From assembly GCA_963753345.1 (NCBI GenBank), contig CAVWBU010000008.1, positions 1 to 17,275 on the forward strand: DNA of 17,275 bases, given 5' to 3'. Position 1 is the stretch's first letter. Each line of letters starts with the position of its first letter. The notes under the pieces were generated by a model. It was not told the origin of the DNA and made no database searches. It saw nothing but the letters and a program-made list of their open reading frames with translations. Shown piece after piece: positions 16,423 to 17,275 of this stretch. The position numbers and the translations under genes were made by a program. This DNA is from an uncultured Fibrobacterota bacterium. Its GTDB lineage: Bacteria; Fibrobacterota; Chitinivibrionia; Chitinivibrionales; FEN-1185.

Positions 16423-17275
16423 CATCCGCCTCGGGGCCAACACGAGTCTCAGAATCGGCGGACCGGCCGCCTTTATTGCGCGCCTGCTGACGAAAAGGAA
16501 ATCAGCGAAGCGTGCGGGTGGGCCAAACAAAACAACGCGCCGGTTTTCGTGCTCGGGAAAGGCTCCAACATTCTCGTGAGCGACAGCGGGTGGAACGGCC
16601 TCGTGATGGATTTGTCCCCTCGATAAATGGACCACTATCTGCTGGAACGGGGGATTGCGCCGAATGCAGGAGCGGCGCGCCCTGCTTCATATGCTTGTCA
16701 AGGAATCGCTGGAGCGCGGGCTTGCGGGCCTGGAAAAGCTCGCGGGCATTCCCGGCAGCGTGGGCGGCGCGGTGGTCATGAACGCGGGAGCGTTCGGCCA
16801 GAGCGTGTCCGATTGCCTCGTTTCGGTGAGATTTTATTCATTGCCGGACATGAAAATAAAAACGCTGAAAGCACAGGACCTCAATGCTTCGTATCGCAGC
16901 ACCGTGTTTAAAAACTCAAATTCGATCATCCTCTCAGCGGATTTCCTATTTTCAAGCCCGACGCATCAGGTCAATAAGGTAAAAAAATCATTTACCGAGG
17001 TGCTTGCCAAGCGCAAAGAGCGCCACCCGCTCGATTTGCCCAACTGCGGAAGCGTTTTTAAGAACCCGCCCAATACCACGGCGGGAAAGCTCATCGAGCA
17101 GTGCGGGCTCAAAGGGCGCGGGCGCGCGGCGCTGCGGAGGTGTCGCAGAAACACGCAAACTTTATTGTGAATCATGGGGGGGCAACGGCAAGAGATGTGC
17201 GTGGGTTGATTGTGCAAGTGCAGAAGGCGGTGTATGAAAAGACGGGCGTGCTGCTGGAACCGGAGGTGGTGATGG
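16389..17275 (+). CDS. murB: UDP-N-acetylenolpyruvoylglucosamine reductase; 3'-partial, multiple apparent frameshifts
   Basis: Motifs are spread over different frames: [96 protein letters not shown]...LEPEV. Start at ATG 16389 or 16404. Confidence 0.92.

Overview
A GC-rich bacterial chromosomal segment of mostly housekeeping and metabolic genes, with no transposase, integrase, CRISPR array, rRNA or tRNA recognised. Gene order: arylamine N-acetyltransferase-like gene (5'-partial, frameshifted, +); DUF4416 (+); a ~140-bp multi-hairpin palindromic element; yciB/ispA (-); SAM methyltransferase (-); iron-sulfur flavoprotein (-); FHA+DUF4388 protein (-); 708-aa N-terminally extended GreA (+); HAD hydrolase (-); heptamer tandem repeat; UvrD/PcrA-family helicase (-, frameshifted); secreted GH3 glycosidase with an unusual N-terminal module (-); glgA (-); a structured divergent intergenic region with an orphan terminator; a 55-aa 2[4Fe-4S] ferredoxin missing from the ORF track (+); GAF/HD-GYP protein (+); murB (+, several frameshifts, 3'-partial). 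Many frameshifts sit in short homopolymers and hit a normally essential gene (murB), so they are most likely sequencing or assembly indels. Gene content suggests an anaerobic polysaccharide degrader, possibly Fibrobacterota/Chitinivibrionia-like (inference only). I found no clear multi-gene novel system. The best leads are the GNA-triloop hairpin element (1450-1589), a candidate sRNA ending at the orphan terminator upstream of glgA, the T9SS-CTD-like domain nested at the N-terminus of the GH3, and the long GreA with a Tudor/CarD-like segment.
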